Positions 13,299 through 26,684 of a stretch of 64,000 nt of DNA are shown piece after piece. Below the pieces are notes generated by a model. It did no database searches. It was given only the letters and a program-made list of their open reading frames with translations, and was not told the origin of the DNA. The stretch's first letter is position 1, and the number at the start of each line of letters is the position of its first letter. Made by a program: the position numbers and the translations under genes. The stretch covers positions 59,210,001-59,274,000 of the forward strand of contig OZ024744.1 of the NCBI GenBank assembly GCA_964016885.1. Direction: 5' to 3'. This DNA comes from Eledone cirrhosa. Its lineage: Eukaryota.

Positions 13299-13536
13299 TA
13301 CGATATTAAACAAATGGAAACTATATTTATAAAACCATATTTATTTTGTTATATATATTTCTAGGATATCATATTAAAAATATGGTATGCCTTCCTCAGA
13401 CAAAATACAATATATAAGCTGTTTTATAAATAATTTTGACATACCTGTTTTATAAATAATTTGACATATCCCAGGAATATATATAACGAAATAAATATGG
13501 TTTTATAAATATAGTTTCCATTTGTTTAATATCGTA
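13299..13536. repeat. ~70-bp inverted repeat, probably a Penelope pseudo-LTR remnant
   Basis: tacgatattaaacaaatggaaactatatttataaaaccatattt... at ~13299-13370 pairs with 13466-13536; (TA)n tracts nearby; overlaps a hammerhead motif. Confidence 0.75.
13342..13407 (-). ncRNA. Minimal type I hammerhead ribozyme motif
   Basis: Minus strand reads TATTTTGT-CTGAGGA-[AGGCATACCATATTTTTAATATGATATCCT]-A-GAAA-TATATA-TA|ACAAAATA: 8-bp stem I, intact core, palindromic ATATATAT stem III, AUA cleavage triplet. Confidence 0.72.
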
Positions 13537-13899
13537 AACCTACTCCAAAAACTGTTGAGTGCTTTTATATCAGTTATAAAATATTTACTCGTTGTAACCC
13601 AACAATTTTAAATAAAACTTTTGCATATATTATATATATATATTTTATATAAATATATTTTATATATATATATATTTTATATATATATATATATTTTATA
13701 TATATATATATATTTTATATATATATATATTTTATATATATATATATTTTTTATATATATATATTTTATATATATATATTTTATATATATATATATTTTA
13801 TATATATATATTTTATATATAGATATATATATTTTTATATATATATATTTTATATATATATATATATTTTTATATATATATATTTTATATATATATATA

Positions 13900-13945
<46 letters not shown>

Positions 13946-13956
13946 ATATATATATA

Positions 13957-14052
13957 GGACCCCGACGGCTGAGCTCAAGCCGTTTCGACGGCTAATTCTG
14001 GACGCACCCAAGTGCGTTATGGTCCACCTGCTTCCTTACCACATTTCTTCCG

Positions 14053-14055
<3 letters not shown>
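13957..14055. mobile_element. Rearranged fragments of the P1 pseudo-LTR in both orientations
   Basis: 13957-14003 matches 5939-5985; 14012-14055 matches 7852-7893; another related piece lies at ~3110-3175. Confidence 0.75.
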
Positions 14056-14089
<34 letters not shown>

Positions 14090-14109
14090 ATATATATATA
14101 TTTTATATA

Positions 14110-15028
14110 TCATTTCATTTTTCATCATCATTTCATTTTACGTCCGCTTTTCCCTGCTTGCAAGGGTGGGACGGGAACTGATTCTGGCTTGATTTCTACA
14201 GCTGGATGCCCTTCCTAACACCAACCTCATTTACAGAGAGTGCTGGGTGCTTTTTTGCCGTGGCACCTCCACGACCACTTTGCAGTGGAATGATAGGGAC
14301 CCCAGTCCCTATCATCTCATTTCTACAGCTGAGTAAACTGGAGCAATCTGAAATAAAGTGTCTTGCTCAAGGAAACAACACATCACCCAGGTCTTCTCTA
14401 TTACTGAGTACCGCCAAAGGTCTCGGTCCAGTGACATTGTCTTTGAGAGGTGTAAGTGTGTGAGGTCAGAATTTATCAGCTCGTCCCAGGTTTTTCTGGG
14501 TCTGCCTATTCCGTGGCTACCGTCTATCTTTATTGCCCTGCACTTTGTTATACAGCTGTCGTCTTTCATGCGCATCACGTGACCATACCAACATAGCCTT
14601 CTCTCGAGTAAACAACATCTGATCCCTCTTATTTCTAATTTTTTCCTTAGTTCGTTTATGCTTTGCCGTTCACATATGTTACTATTACACATCCAGCGGA
14701 GCATGCAAGCTTCGTTCCTCTCTAGTCTGCGTATATCCTCTGCACACAATGCCCAGGTCTCACTGCCATGCAACATTGCTGTTCGTATGCAGGCATCATA
14801 CAACCTGCCTTTCATTCTTAGGGAGAACCCTTTAGCGGCTAATAGTGGTATAAGCTCTCTGAACTTTTTCCAACCAGTTCTGACTCTAGCTACTGTACTT
14901 TCAGAGCACCCTCCCCCACTGCTGATTTTGTCGCCCAGGTAACGGAAGCTGTCCACTATTTCTATAGGACCCTCTGCGCAATTATAAGAGCTAGTATTTT
15001 TTGGGCACTTGCTGCTACTTATTGCACC
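14110..15028 (-). mobile_element. SINE S1 3' part fused to an RTE family B fragment
   Basis: SINE sequence to ~14390, then RTE ORF 14312..14956 (SFRYLGD...GSETW...GRPRKTW). Confidence 0.85.
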
Positions 15029-15044
15029 TTAATATATATATATA

Positions 15045-15076
<32 letters not shown>

Positions 15077-15292
15077 GTTATATATATATATATATATATA
15101 TATATGTTATATATATATATATGTTATATATATATATATGTTATATATATATATATGTTATATATATATATATGTTATATATATATATGTTATATATATA
15201 TATATGTTATATATATATATATATATTTTATATATATATATATATACATATTTTATATATATATATATATACATATTTTATATATATATATA

Positions 15293-15369
<77 letters not shown>

Positions 15370-15427
15370 ATATATATATATATATTTTATATATATATAT
15401 ATAGTTATGTAATAAACAGCATGAGGC

Positions 15428-15497
15428 AATTATTTCATTTACCAGTGGTTTCTTAAAAGCAAAAAAATGTTGCTTTCATCATCAGAATGGAAAAATT
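15428..15497 (-). ncRNA. Type I hammerhead ribozyme motif at the end of a probable Penelope UTR/pseudo-LTR (~15405-16470)
   Basis: Minus strand reads AATTTTTCCATT-CTGATGA-[TGAAAGCAA CATTTTT TTGCTTTTA]-A-GAAA-CCACTGG-TA|AATGAAATAATT: intact core, 9-bp stem II, stem III ACC/GGT, GUA triplet; ~25 nt from a (TA)n tract. Confidence 0.8.
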
Positions 15498-16275
15498 CTG
15501 GTGTATTTATTGACGTTGGATTTTAAAAACAAAAATGCAATATATATGAAAGTGAGGCTGGAAAAGGAAGAAGGAAAGGAAAAATAAAATAAAAACACAC
15601 ATGCACACACACACACACAATTATATACATACATATATATATATATATATACATACACACATACATACACACACACATATATATGTGTATATATATACAT
15701 ACACACACATACACATACATACACACATAAATATTAACATATCCATACATACACATACATATATACAACCACACACACACACACACACATAAATATTAAC
15801 ATATCCATACATACACATACATATATACAACCACACACACACACACATATATATATATACACATACACATACATACACATACACATACATTCATACATAC
15901 ACACAATCATACGTATATACACACGTACATACATACACATACATACACACATATATACACGCATACATACGCATGCACAAAAATAGAAATATATACACAC
16001 ACCTCTACATACTCACACACACAAATAAATATAAGAAAAAATATATAATAATAAAAAACACAAAAATGAATATAAAGACTATTATAATGTTGACAGCGAT
16101 ACAGGCAACAAATAAATGAACAAACACACGTGGTAAGCAATACACACAAATGCACGTACACATACATACGTAAAAATAAATACACACACTCTCACACATA
16201 AATATACATATACAAATACATAAACACATACATATGCATACACAAATACATACACACTCACACATATACATATAT

Positions 16276-16321
<46 letters not shown>

Positions 16322-16506
16322 ATACATAACCATACAAATATACACATACATATACATACATATCACAAACACGTACATACAAATACAAACACACACACAT
16401 ATATACGTGTGTAAAACTCATTCTTAGATAATTCATATTAACCTTATTTAACTCTAAAATATATATATATATATGTATGTGTATATGTATGTGTATGTAT
16501 ATATAT

Positions 16507-18721
16507 ATCCCATTCGACGTGAGTATGGGCGCCAGTGATTCTGCGGAGGTTACTGATCTTATCGGCCTTTTCCTTCTTTTCTCTATGAAGGACGAATTCC
16601 CCAACGCGGGCGGTGGTTTGTACCGTGATGATGGTCTTTTGACCATGACTAAGTGCGGACCTCGTGCTTGCGACAGGTTCAGAAAAGAACTCACAGCCTT
16701 CTTTAAAAGCTTCAACCTCTCTATACAGGTTGAGGCCAATCTCTTGGTCGTTAATTACCTCGACGTTACCCTCAATTTATTGAATGGGTTGTATTACCCG
16801 TATAGAAAGCCGAATAATACGCTTAATTACATAAGTAAGCATTCCAACCATCCTGCCAGCATAACCAAGAACCTGGTAAGAAACGTTTCGTTGAGGCTTT
16901 CCCGTCTTTCCACCAACGAGCGTATTTTCAACGACCATTCCACTTATTACAATGAAGCTCTTGCTCGAAGTGGATTTGTCGATAAGGTAGCATATACAGA
17001 GTACGAAAATAGACCTAGAAGAAATAGATCCCGTCGCATTTGTTGGTTTAACCCACCATATAATATGGAGGTGGCCACACCATTAGCTAAGATCTTTCTT
17101 TCCCTTATTACGAAGCATTTTCCCCCTACACATAAATATAGTAAAATTTTTAATAGAAATACTATTAAAATTTCTTACTCTATGATTCCTAACCTTGCAC
17201 ATAACATCACAGCTTCAAATTTAGCTAAACTACCTAGCCGTAGGAACACGTGCAACCCTGTAGTTAGTACTAACTGTAATTGTAGGAATCGGGTTGATTG
17301 CCCCCTATCCGGGAAATGCCTCTCTAGTAACATTGTCTACAAATGTAAGGTTGTAACACCCACGTCCCATAGGGCCTACATAGGGTTAACTGCCAATAGA
17401 TTCAAGCAGCATCTTTACTTGCATACCCATTCTTTTCGTTACCCTCAAAGAAGGAATATGACGTCACTTTCAGCTTATATCTGGAGTCTAAAAGACAACC
17501 ACACCCAATGTAAGTTACACTGGGAGATTCTAGCTAGGGCTAGATCGTATAACGGAAATAAAAGACCATGTGACCTCTGCGCCGCTGAGGCCCTGGAAAT
17601 ACTCTACACCACAGACCACATCTTAAACAAAAAATATGAGGCAATTTCGGCTTGTAAACATAAATTGCACAAAACTTTCCTGTATTACAGCCCCACGTTA
17701 TACCCTAACGGATAGTACGATCTATACACGGATATTTTACGTCTTGATGCGGTAGCTAAGTATATGTTTTGTTTATACCATTACTTATTTGCATAGGTAA
17801 GTATATTTTACCTGTATGTTTTGTGAAGGTACGAATACCTTCTCGTACATATATTTGATTGTATATGTTATGGCGTATAATTTTTATATATTCTGGTACA
17901 TATGGTTTGGTTATGTGTATACGGGAGTTTTGCGTCTGTGTGAGTATGCAGGTTCGTACATATGTAGGGTGTGTGTATATGTGTACTTCATGTTTGGTTG
18001 CCTTACGTCTCCGAACTATTGCGTATTTACATGTAGGCATGTGTGTGCGCTTGTTCTATACGTATTTATTTATTTATATACGTTTATTTAATTATTTATT
18101 TATTTGTATACACGCATACACACACACACATATTTATATGTGCGTGGTTTTGTATACCTATGGTAAGTGTTTTCGCGTATGCTTGTGTATGTAGGTATTT
18201 GTATGCGTGTATGTATTTATTTAATTTCTATTACTTCTGTATTGTATTTATTTACTTTGTTCTTAACTCTGACGCGGAGATTCATTTGGTCTCCTAGTTG
18301 GAATTTTAGTCTACGACTTCTGCTATACCATTTACGTGGTTTTGTCTTTGCGTGCAATTGTTCTCCACGCTCCACATATGACGTATTATCTTCGTTTTTT
18401 TCGTTCATTGCCAGAGAACGTCTCTATGAACCACCTAAGAGAACATTAGTCTACGACCTCTTTTATACCATAAACGTGGTTCTGTCTTTGCGCGTAATTG
18501 TTTTTCACCGCTCCTATTAATGATGTATTATATTCGTTTTTTCCCATTCTTTGCCAGCGAACGTTTCCACGAACCAAAGTATCGTTTTCCTGTCTTCCTC
18601 CAGTTGCAACGTTTTTTTAAATATCCACTTCTGCGTTTACAGATTGACTTTGTTAGTTTCAGAAGATCCCGTTAAGGGTGAAAGCAGCGATTCTTTGCTT
18701 AAACTTTAATCTGTTATTTTA

Positions 18722-18725
<4 letters not shown>
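16507..18725 (+). mobile_element. Penelope-like element family P2, 5'-truncated: RT C-terminal half, GIY-YIG, long UTR/pseudo-LTR
   Basis: Open frame to 17715: FDVSMGA.D.AE, GLYRDDGL, YLDVTL, WFNPP, CNC...CPL.G.C, IVYKC...AYIG, CDLC, CKH; (TA)n at both ends. Confidence 0.92.
18639..18714 (+). ncRNA. Hammerhead-like motif with variant core (CAGAAGA)
   Basis: ACAGATTGA..AGTTT-CAGAAGA-TCCCGTTAAGGGT-GAAA-GCAGCGATTCTTTGC-TT|AAACT-TTAATCTGT; stems I-III present; second copy at 38666-38726. Confidence 0.55.
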
Positions 18726-18756
<31 letters not shown>

Positions 18757-19049
18757 AACATACTCATATATACACATACATACATACTCACATACACATA
18801 TATACCTACACACACATATATACACATACACATACGTATGCATACGTACATACACACACATACATATATAACTCAATATATATATATATATATATGAGAA
18901 AGAACATAATTATTATATATATATATATAAAAAATAAATATTGTATATATAAAAAAAATATTGTATATATAAAAATAAAAATGAAAATAAAAAGTTGGGA
19001 ATACGACAAATAATAAATAAAAAAATATATATTTAGAAAAGGATATAAA

Positions 19050-20906
19050 TGCTTATAGCAAATTTACCCCCCCCCCCCAAAAAAAAATAAATACTGATAT
19101 ACAAGAAAGTAAAGTAAAGATACCAAGAAATGTAGAAAGCACGGAAAAGGGGCAGCCATCGGATAAGAAGTCAAGTATCCGGGGTCTATCACATCTGCTA
19201 TAAAAAGCGGAGTCGGCCAATTCTATCATAGAATAGGGGAAGGGGGTGGGGGTACTGAGGCTACAAAGGACCGAGGGGCTGCCTCGGGTGGGCGAGAAAG
19301 TGAAAAGGACGACGACAAAGAAAGAGGACTGGGGTGGAAGGACTAGGGAGGGATGGGGGGAAGAAGGAAATATAGAGGAAGCGATAAAAAGATATAAAAG
19401 ATCTTACGTCTACCTTTGCAACCATTACAAAGTCGGCAAGTGGGGTGTTATAGCCCTTGTCTACTCTGCCGGGTCATTATGGAGTTTGAGGGCGAGGTAA
19501 GTCCTACGCAATCTGTGTTTACATGCAGTTACCAGTTCATCTTTCTTGTTTAGGAGTTGGTCCGTCGAAAACAGCATTTGTAAAGTTTCCTCCGAGCATA
19601 AATTGCACGGACGGCGTCCTCCCGTGTAAGAGTTAGCTCTGGACAGTAAGCTCCAAGTGAGATCATAGGTAATATTGTTATCTTTGAGGTCCCAGATGTG
19701 GCCCCAAAGTGTCGTGGCGTGACGCCGGGCCGGGTTTCGGAAGGTATGTCTGTGTTGGTATAGCCGGGTCTTGAAGTCACATGCGGTTAATCCTATATAA
19801 ACTTTGTTGGAGGTGTCCGTCCTCACGTTGCACTGGTAGATCACATTACGATCTCTGCATCTGTTGTCGAGGGGGGCAAATGGATCCATCAGGACAGTTG
19901 CACCTCCTGGTCGGCTCCCCACTGCTATTTAGGTTATTTCTCCCATAGGGGTTGAGTTTTTTGTTGTTAGAGGAGACCATGTTTTGTGCAAAGTTTGGTG
20001 TGGTGCTGTAGGATAGTTTGATGGTATTTTTGTTGATTATGTTGTGGTAGCGGTGTTGTAGTGGGAAGTGTTTTTCAATGAGCCTAAAGAAGATTTTCCC
20101 GATAGTTGTCACCTCGGCGTTGTGGGGTGGATTGAACCATGTTACATTGCGTGAGCGGCGGTGTCGTCTGCTGGTTCCGCTAATGGAAGCTGGACAGTGG
20201 GATATTTCCTCCCGGAAACCACTCCGCTTGAGGGCCTGGGTGTAATAAGGCGCATGTTCCTCGAATATCTGCTCATTAGCTGACAAACGAGATATGCGGA
20301 GGGAGATGTTTTTAACCAGGTTATTGGTGATGTTCCTAGAATGGTTAGACCGGCGGTTGATGTAGTGCAGGTTGTCGTTGGGTTTCCTGTATGGTTAGTA
20401 CAGATCATTATCGAGGTCAAGGGTAACGTCCAGGAAGTTTACTCGGGTCAGGGACGTTTGTAGGGTTATTTTAAATCCCCAGTCGCGGAAGAAGCTGATT
20501 AATTGTTTACGGACCCGGTCTGTACTACTGGGCTTGTACCCTTTAAGGGTAAGGAGCCCATCATCACGGTACAATCCACCGCCGAAAGCAGGAAACATAT
20601 CGATGAGTTTAGCTAGTAGGAATAATCCTATAAGATCTGTGACCTCAGCCGAATCCGTAGCGCCCATGCTGACGTCGAAGGGTGAGTCGGGAGCTCTCTT
20701 TATCCATTTGGAGTTGTCGAAGAGTAGGACTGTCTTCCTGGCGTGGAGGATGATGTTTCTTTCCTGGTCGGTGATGGGCGCAAGTGTTTCGGCGAAGTCC
20801 AAGGCAGCCGTAAGTAGCGGTAAGGTGATTGAAGCATAGTAACTCTCTATGTCAAACTGGATGAATTTTGTGTCTCGTTTGTCCTCCATATTGCTGAACC
20901 ATGAGA
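19050..20906 (-). mobile_element. Penelope-like element family P1: RT, GIY-YIG and UTR, with an in-frame stop and a frameshift
   Basis: ORFs 20395..20889 (FDIESYY, GLYRDDGL), 19846..20286 (WFNPP) and 19461..19922; near-identical to 6020-7000 in opposite orientation. Confidence 0.92.
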
Positions 20907-22340
20907 TTACTTCCCCATCTCCATATCTTTGATTGACTTACTTACTACGCTGCTGCTGACTTGTACTGCTGGCCCCTCTATAGGGTCTACTTGTGGTAGG
21001 GTCTCTTCTTCCCATGCATTCTCCTCATTTAATAATCTATCATAATGGCTCTTCCATGCATCTTTCTTCTCGGCACTTGTGAGGGCAAGCTCACCTTTAT
21101 CATTCCGGATACACTTCTCTCCAATGACATCACAATTCTCTCTGACACACTGCCTTGCAATCTTGAACACCTCCTGTTTCTGGTCCTCACGTTGCAAAAC
21201 ATGCTTGAATTTTCTATCCTCTGCTTCCCTCCTAGCTAAGTATACTTGTCGCCTAGCTTCCCTCTTGATCTCTATGTAATGTACCCTGCTCCCCCCATTC
21301 TTCCATTCTTTCCATGCCTGTCTCTTGGCTTTAACTGCCTCATCTACCTTATTGTTCCACCACCAAGTCACTCTCCTCCTGCTTGTGGTCTTACTCCAGC
21401 TACAGACCTCATCCGTCGCCTCTAGTAAGTTATTTTTTAGGAACTCCCAGTGCTCTTCTACATTGAATGTCTCTATCCGTTCTTCTTTACTGTCGTAGGC
21501 GTTGAGTAAAATATTTTTAAATCTGTTACTGGTTGAGGGGTCTTTCAGCTTCCAGATCTTTCTTCTCCAGGTTGGCCTGTTTCCAGGTTCGTCTAGTTCT
21601 GACTGTGAGGTCGCTGACAACTAAGCTATGTTGGGATGTACATTCCTCCCTAGGGAAGGCTTTTGTGTTTACGACCGTTCATCTGTCACTTCCTCTGATG
21701 AGGATAAAATCTATCTGACTAGAATGCTTCCCTGATCTATAGGTGATCAGTTGGTTGTCGTGTTTTTTGAAGTTTGTGTTACATATCGACATGTCATTGG
21801 CGTCGAAGAATTCTAGAAGTCTGAATCCTTCCTCATTTCTTGTGCCAACCCCATGGCCTCCATGGACTCTATTGAAGCCGTCGCAGTGTTTACCTACGTG
21901 TCCGTTAAAATCTCTTGCGATGATTAGGAAGTCATTGTCATTTGTTAGAGCAGTAGTGTGCATTAGGGACTCGTAAAACCTATCCTTAAGTTCGTCTGGC
22001 AACCCCGATTGGGGTGCGTAAGCTGATATTATTGTGGTAATTGTTTTATTCCGGACTAGTCTGAGTTTAATGATTCTTGCATTTACCCTGTACACTGAGA
22101 TTACTTTATCTACCCACTTGTCAGCTAGTAGTATACCTACACCACCCATCCCATCGTCATTTTCCACCCAGAAAAATTTGTAGCACCGACTTTTTCCTAC
22201 AAGGACTCTAGCAGACTCTCCTTTCCATCTAGTCTCTTGCACACAGCATACATCACTTTCCTTTCGCTCTAGCATTTCTATGATTTCTCCTGCTCTTCCT
22301 TTCATTGTGCTTACATTGATGGTACCAACTCAAGAGTTTT
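20907..22340 (-). mobile_element. RTE family A 5' part: APE endonuclease and linker
   Basis: ORF 21679..22305 (CCVQETRW, SAYAPQ, DFNGHVG, SQIDFIL) and ORF 20907..21620, which overlaps the family A sequence at 5020-5680. Confidence 0.92.
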
Positions 22341-22349
22341 GGGCATTTG

Positions 22350-23447
22350 TCGACACACGCATCATCAATCAGGCTATATATGGTGATGTCATACCCAAAG
22401 ACTGGTGCAGCAGTATTTTCATAAATTGCTACAAAGGTAAAGGGGATGCTCTGGAGAGGAGCAATTATAGGGGTATAAAACTGATGGATCAGGTTATGAA
22501 AGTGGCAGAAAGGATATTAGTACTACTAATTAGAGAAAGGGTCAAACTAGATGAGATGCAGTTTGGTTTTGTGCCTGGGAAGAGTACAACAGATGCCCTC
22601 TTCTTGGTGAGACAATTACAAGAGAGGTTCTTCTAGAAAAATAAGCCACTATACTTAGCCTTTGTTGATCTAGAGAAGGCCTTTGATAGGGTACCCTGAT
22701 CTGTCATCTGGTGGTCCATAAGAAAACTAGGTGTTGAGGAATGGCTTGTGAGGACAGTGCAAACTTTGTACAGAGGTACTCTCAGTAAAGTCAGGGTAGG
22801 AATGGAGTTTAGTGAGGAATTCCAGGTACAAGTAGGAGTACATCAGGTTTCGGTTCTCAGCCCACTTTTGTTCATTACAGTCCTCCAAGCCATAACAGAG
22901 GAGTTTAAGACTGGCTGTCCATGGGAACTTCTCTATGCTGACGATCTGGTTCTTATAGCAGAATCAGTAGAGGAGCTAGAGAATAAATTCTGGCTATGGA
23001 AACAGCAGTTGGAATCAAGAGGACCTAGAGTGAACCTAGCTAAGACAAAAGTGTTGATGAGTAGAAAAGAGGACAAAACTCTGATTCTGTCAGGGAAATG
23101 GCCATGTTCGATATGCAGAAAAGGAACTGGCATAAATTCTATAAAATGCACACAATGCAGATCCTGGGTACACAAGAGATGTAGCGGGATAGCAGGCAAA
23201 CTAACAGATAGGGAGAAATACGTATGCAGTAGATGTACAGGGAAATTAGACAGTAGAAGTCGCATTGATAGACACATTTTTCAAATGCAGGCGGGTGCTA
23301 TAGAAGTGGTTGATAGCTTCCAGTACCTAGGAGATCAGATTAGCATGGGAGGAGGGGGTTCCGAGGCCATATTATCTAGAATAAGGATGGGTTGGAAGAA
23401 GTTTAGGGAGCTGCTTCCTCTGCTGAAGAAGAAGGGTTTCTCCCTGC
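22350..23447 (+). mobile_element. RTE-clade LINE fragment (third subfamily): RT and PHD-like finger, internal stops
   Basis: ORFs 22280..22636 and 22748..23482 with LYADDL and WPCSICRKG...CTQC..WVHKRC. Confidence 0.9.
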
Positions 23448-23499
23448 ATACGAATATATATACTCATTTGTTGTGCTCATAATTTTTGCCCGTAGTATA

Positions 23500-23805
23500 T
23501 ATACTGGTTGGATGCCCTCCCTAACACCAGCACCACTTTACAGCATGGACTGAGTGCTTTTGGTCATGCCTCCAGCACTAGAGAGGATGTCATACTGAAC
23601 TCAGGGGCTCTCTCTACCCCTCCATTTTACAGCATGGACTAGGTGCTTTTATTCGTGCCACCAGCACTAGAGAGGTCGTCTTACTGGACTCAGAGGCCCT
23701 AACCACCCCTCCATTTTTAAAGCATGGACTGGGTGCTATTATTCGTGCCACCAACACTAGGGAAGTTGTCTTACTGGACTTAGGGGACTTCTCTACCCCG
23801 CACCA
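23500..23805 (-). repeat. About 3 tandem ~88-bp units, probably a LINE/SINE 3' UTR
   Basis: Repeated cagcatggact..gtgct...cagcactagagagg...tactggactcag; preceded by ggatgccctccctaacacc, a motif shared with the RTE/SINE tails. Confidence 0.6.
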
Positions 23806-24026
23806 ATTTATTCGGAGTGGTAGCTCTCCTAGACAGGTTGCCTACATTATGGCTTACGGAGCCTCCATCTGCCCTTGTCTGTTCTATGATATATTCATGA
23901 GGGAGTGGTTAGCATACATCATCAGGCATGTATACCGAATGTGGTGGAGGTGGGGCAGGTGGGTGGGAAGTGAAAACCATAATGGCTTATACATACAATT
24001 TTTAACACAGTTTATAAGTCACATAT

Positions 24027-24063
<37 letters not shown>

Positions 24064-24327
24064 CAAGTCTCTACAAATTCAACACAAACTTGGAGATACA
24101 AACATGAACACTCATCTTTACGATGAAATAATGTGCAGAATCAACGGAGACATATATATATATATATATACAATCCCCTTAAGAAGCTCTCACGATCGTA
24201 CAAGCCTTTACACATACAAATTCAACACAATTTTGAAAATATAAAAAAAAAATGAACACTTATCTTTACGAAGTTCACACAAGCAGGGAAAAGCGGACGT
24301 AAAATGATGATGATGATGAATGATTTA

Positions 24328-25946
24328 TATCATCATCATCATCATCGTTTAACGTCCATATTCCACGCTTACATGGGTTTGGACGGGAGTTTTCCCACTT
24401 AAGGCAAGAGTGGTTGTCTTGCACGCATAGGACTGTCTGGCGGATTTTCTAAGGCTGGATGCCCTTCCTAACACCAACCACATTTACAGTGTGGAACTGG
24501 GAGGTTTTTTCCGTGTTACCTACACGGCCACATTACAGCGTGGACTGTGTGTTTTTTTGTCGTGACACCTACACGACCTCATTTGTTTCGGCCTGGATGT
24601 TGTGGTACCAACATAACTTTACATTGAAAGGGGCGGTGTGGATGGGGTGGGGGTAGTGGGACGGGGTGTATTTTGTTAGAGGTGCCTACTGACTGTAGTT
24701 GGTTTTACTTTGTATTTAGGTAAGGCGGGTCTTCTCTATTAGTGAGTACCACCAAAGATCTCGGTCCAGTGACATTGTCTTGGAGAGGTGTAAGTGTGTG
24801 AGGTCGGAATTTATCAAGTGGTCCCAGGTTTTTCTGGGTCTGCCTACCCCGTGGCTCCCGTCTATTTTTATTGTCCTGCACTTTTTTATACAGCTGTCAT
24901 CTTTCATGCGCATCACGTGACCATACCAACGTAGCCTTCTCTCGAGTAAACAACATCTGATCCCTCTTATTTCTAATTTTTCCCTTAGTTTGTTAATGCT
25001 TTGCCGTTCACGTATATTACTATTACACATCCAGCGGAGCATGCAAGCTTCGTTCCTCTCTAGTCTGCGTATATCCTCTGCACACAACCCTTTAGTGGCT
25101 AATAGTGGTATAAGCTCTCTGAACTTTTACCATCCAGTTCTGACTCTAGCTACTGTACTTTCAGAGCACCCTCCCCCACTGCTGATTTTGTCACCCAGGT
25201 AACGGAAGCTGTCCACTATTTCTATAGAACCCTCTGTGCAATTGAAAGAGCTAGTATTTTGTGGGCACTTGCTGCTACTTATTGCACCAGAGCACCGGCC
25301 ACATGTAAAATCTATGTTCTTAGTTAGTTTACCTGTGATCCCACTACATCTTTTATGCACCCATACTTTGCATTTGGGACATAGAATGGAGTTTCTACCT
25401 ACGCCTTTCCTACACACTGAGCATGGCCATTTCCCGGATGGGACCGGCGCCCTATTTTCCTTCCTACAAACTAGAACTTTAGTCTTAGCCAGGTTAATTT
25501 CAAGGCCTTTTGATTCTAGGCTGTGCTTCCATGTTTGGAATTTCTTCTCTAGTTCGGCCATTGATTCAGCTATGAGTGTTAGATCATCTGCGTATAGGAG
25601 TTCCCACGGGCAGCCGGTCTTGAACTCCTCTGTTATAGCCTGAAGGGCAATAATAAATAGGAGGGGGCTAAAGACAGAGCCCCTGATGAACACCAACTTT
25701 TACGCTAAATTCTTCACTATATTCATTGTTAATTCTAACCTTGCTGACTGTTTCTTTATACATGGCTTGTATAGCTCTCACAAGCCATTCATCAACACCT
25801 AGTTTTCTAAGAGCCCACCAGATAATGGAACGGGGGACTCTGTTGAAGGCTTTCTCCAACTCGACAAAAGCTAAGTATAGGGGTTTACTTTTAGCTAGGT
25901 ACTTCTCCTGTAGTTGTCGTACAATGAAAAGAGCGTCTGTGGTACT
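24328..25946 (-). mobile_element. RTE family B copy with internal deletion
   Basis: ORFs 25668..25859, 25127..25696 and 24716..25087; ~80-bp deletion near 25087 relative to other copies. Confidence 0.92.
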
Positions 25947-26393
25947 TTTATATATATTTTATATTAAATATAAGTATATCTACGGCTTAATACGGGAGGT
26001 TTGTTTACAAACACACCGAGCATTATAATAAATGTTTGGTGAATCCATACGTACATATATATATGTGTGCATGTATGTATATATATATATACATACTACT
26101 GTACGTCTGTATACATATATGTATGTACGTAGACATACTTATATTTAAGTAACAGCCATACTAAGAGTGGGAAATGAAATTTCGTTTCATTTTTTCCTTT
26201 TATATTAAAATTAAATAAGAAAAAACTCTAATTCTTGGAGTATAAACAAGATAAACAAAAAAATGATACACACAAACCAATCGTCTTTGATATATTCATA
26301 CACACTAGTATTTTGTTATAAATTATTATTAATTGTAATATATAATATTGCTTCTCTGAGAGATTTGGGTATTAGAGACTAATTAACCTTTAA

Positions 26394-26451
<58 letters not shown>

Positions 26452-26684
26452 TATGTGCACATCAGTATATAGAAGTATTCTTTTTAAGCTACCGATAGAT
26501 CTGGAAACCTTTCCTCATGTACTGCATATTTTACATGAACATACTGTAGTCAACTTTTGTCAGGCTTGATAACTTCATTGCTAAGTAAATGAAGACCTTA
26601 AGATCATGAGATGAATTCCCTAACCACTAAGCCAGTTATGCTTAGTCATGTCAAATTCTTTCAAGAACTTTACCCAAACCTTAA

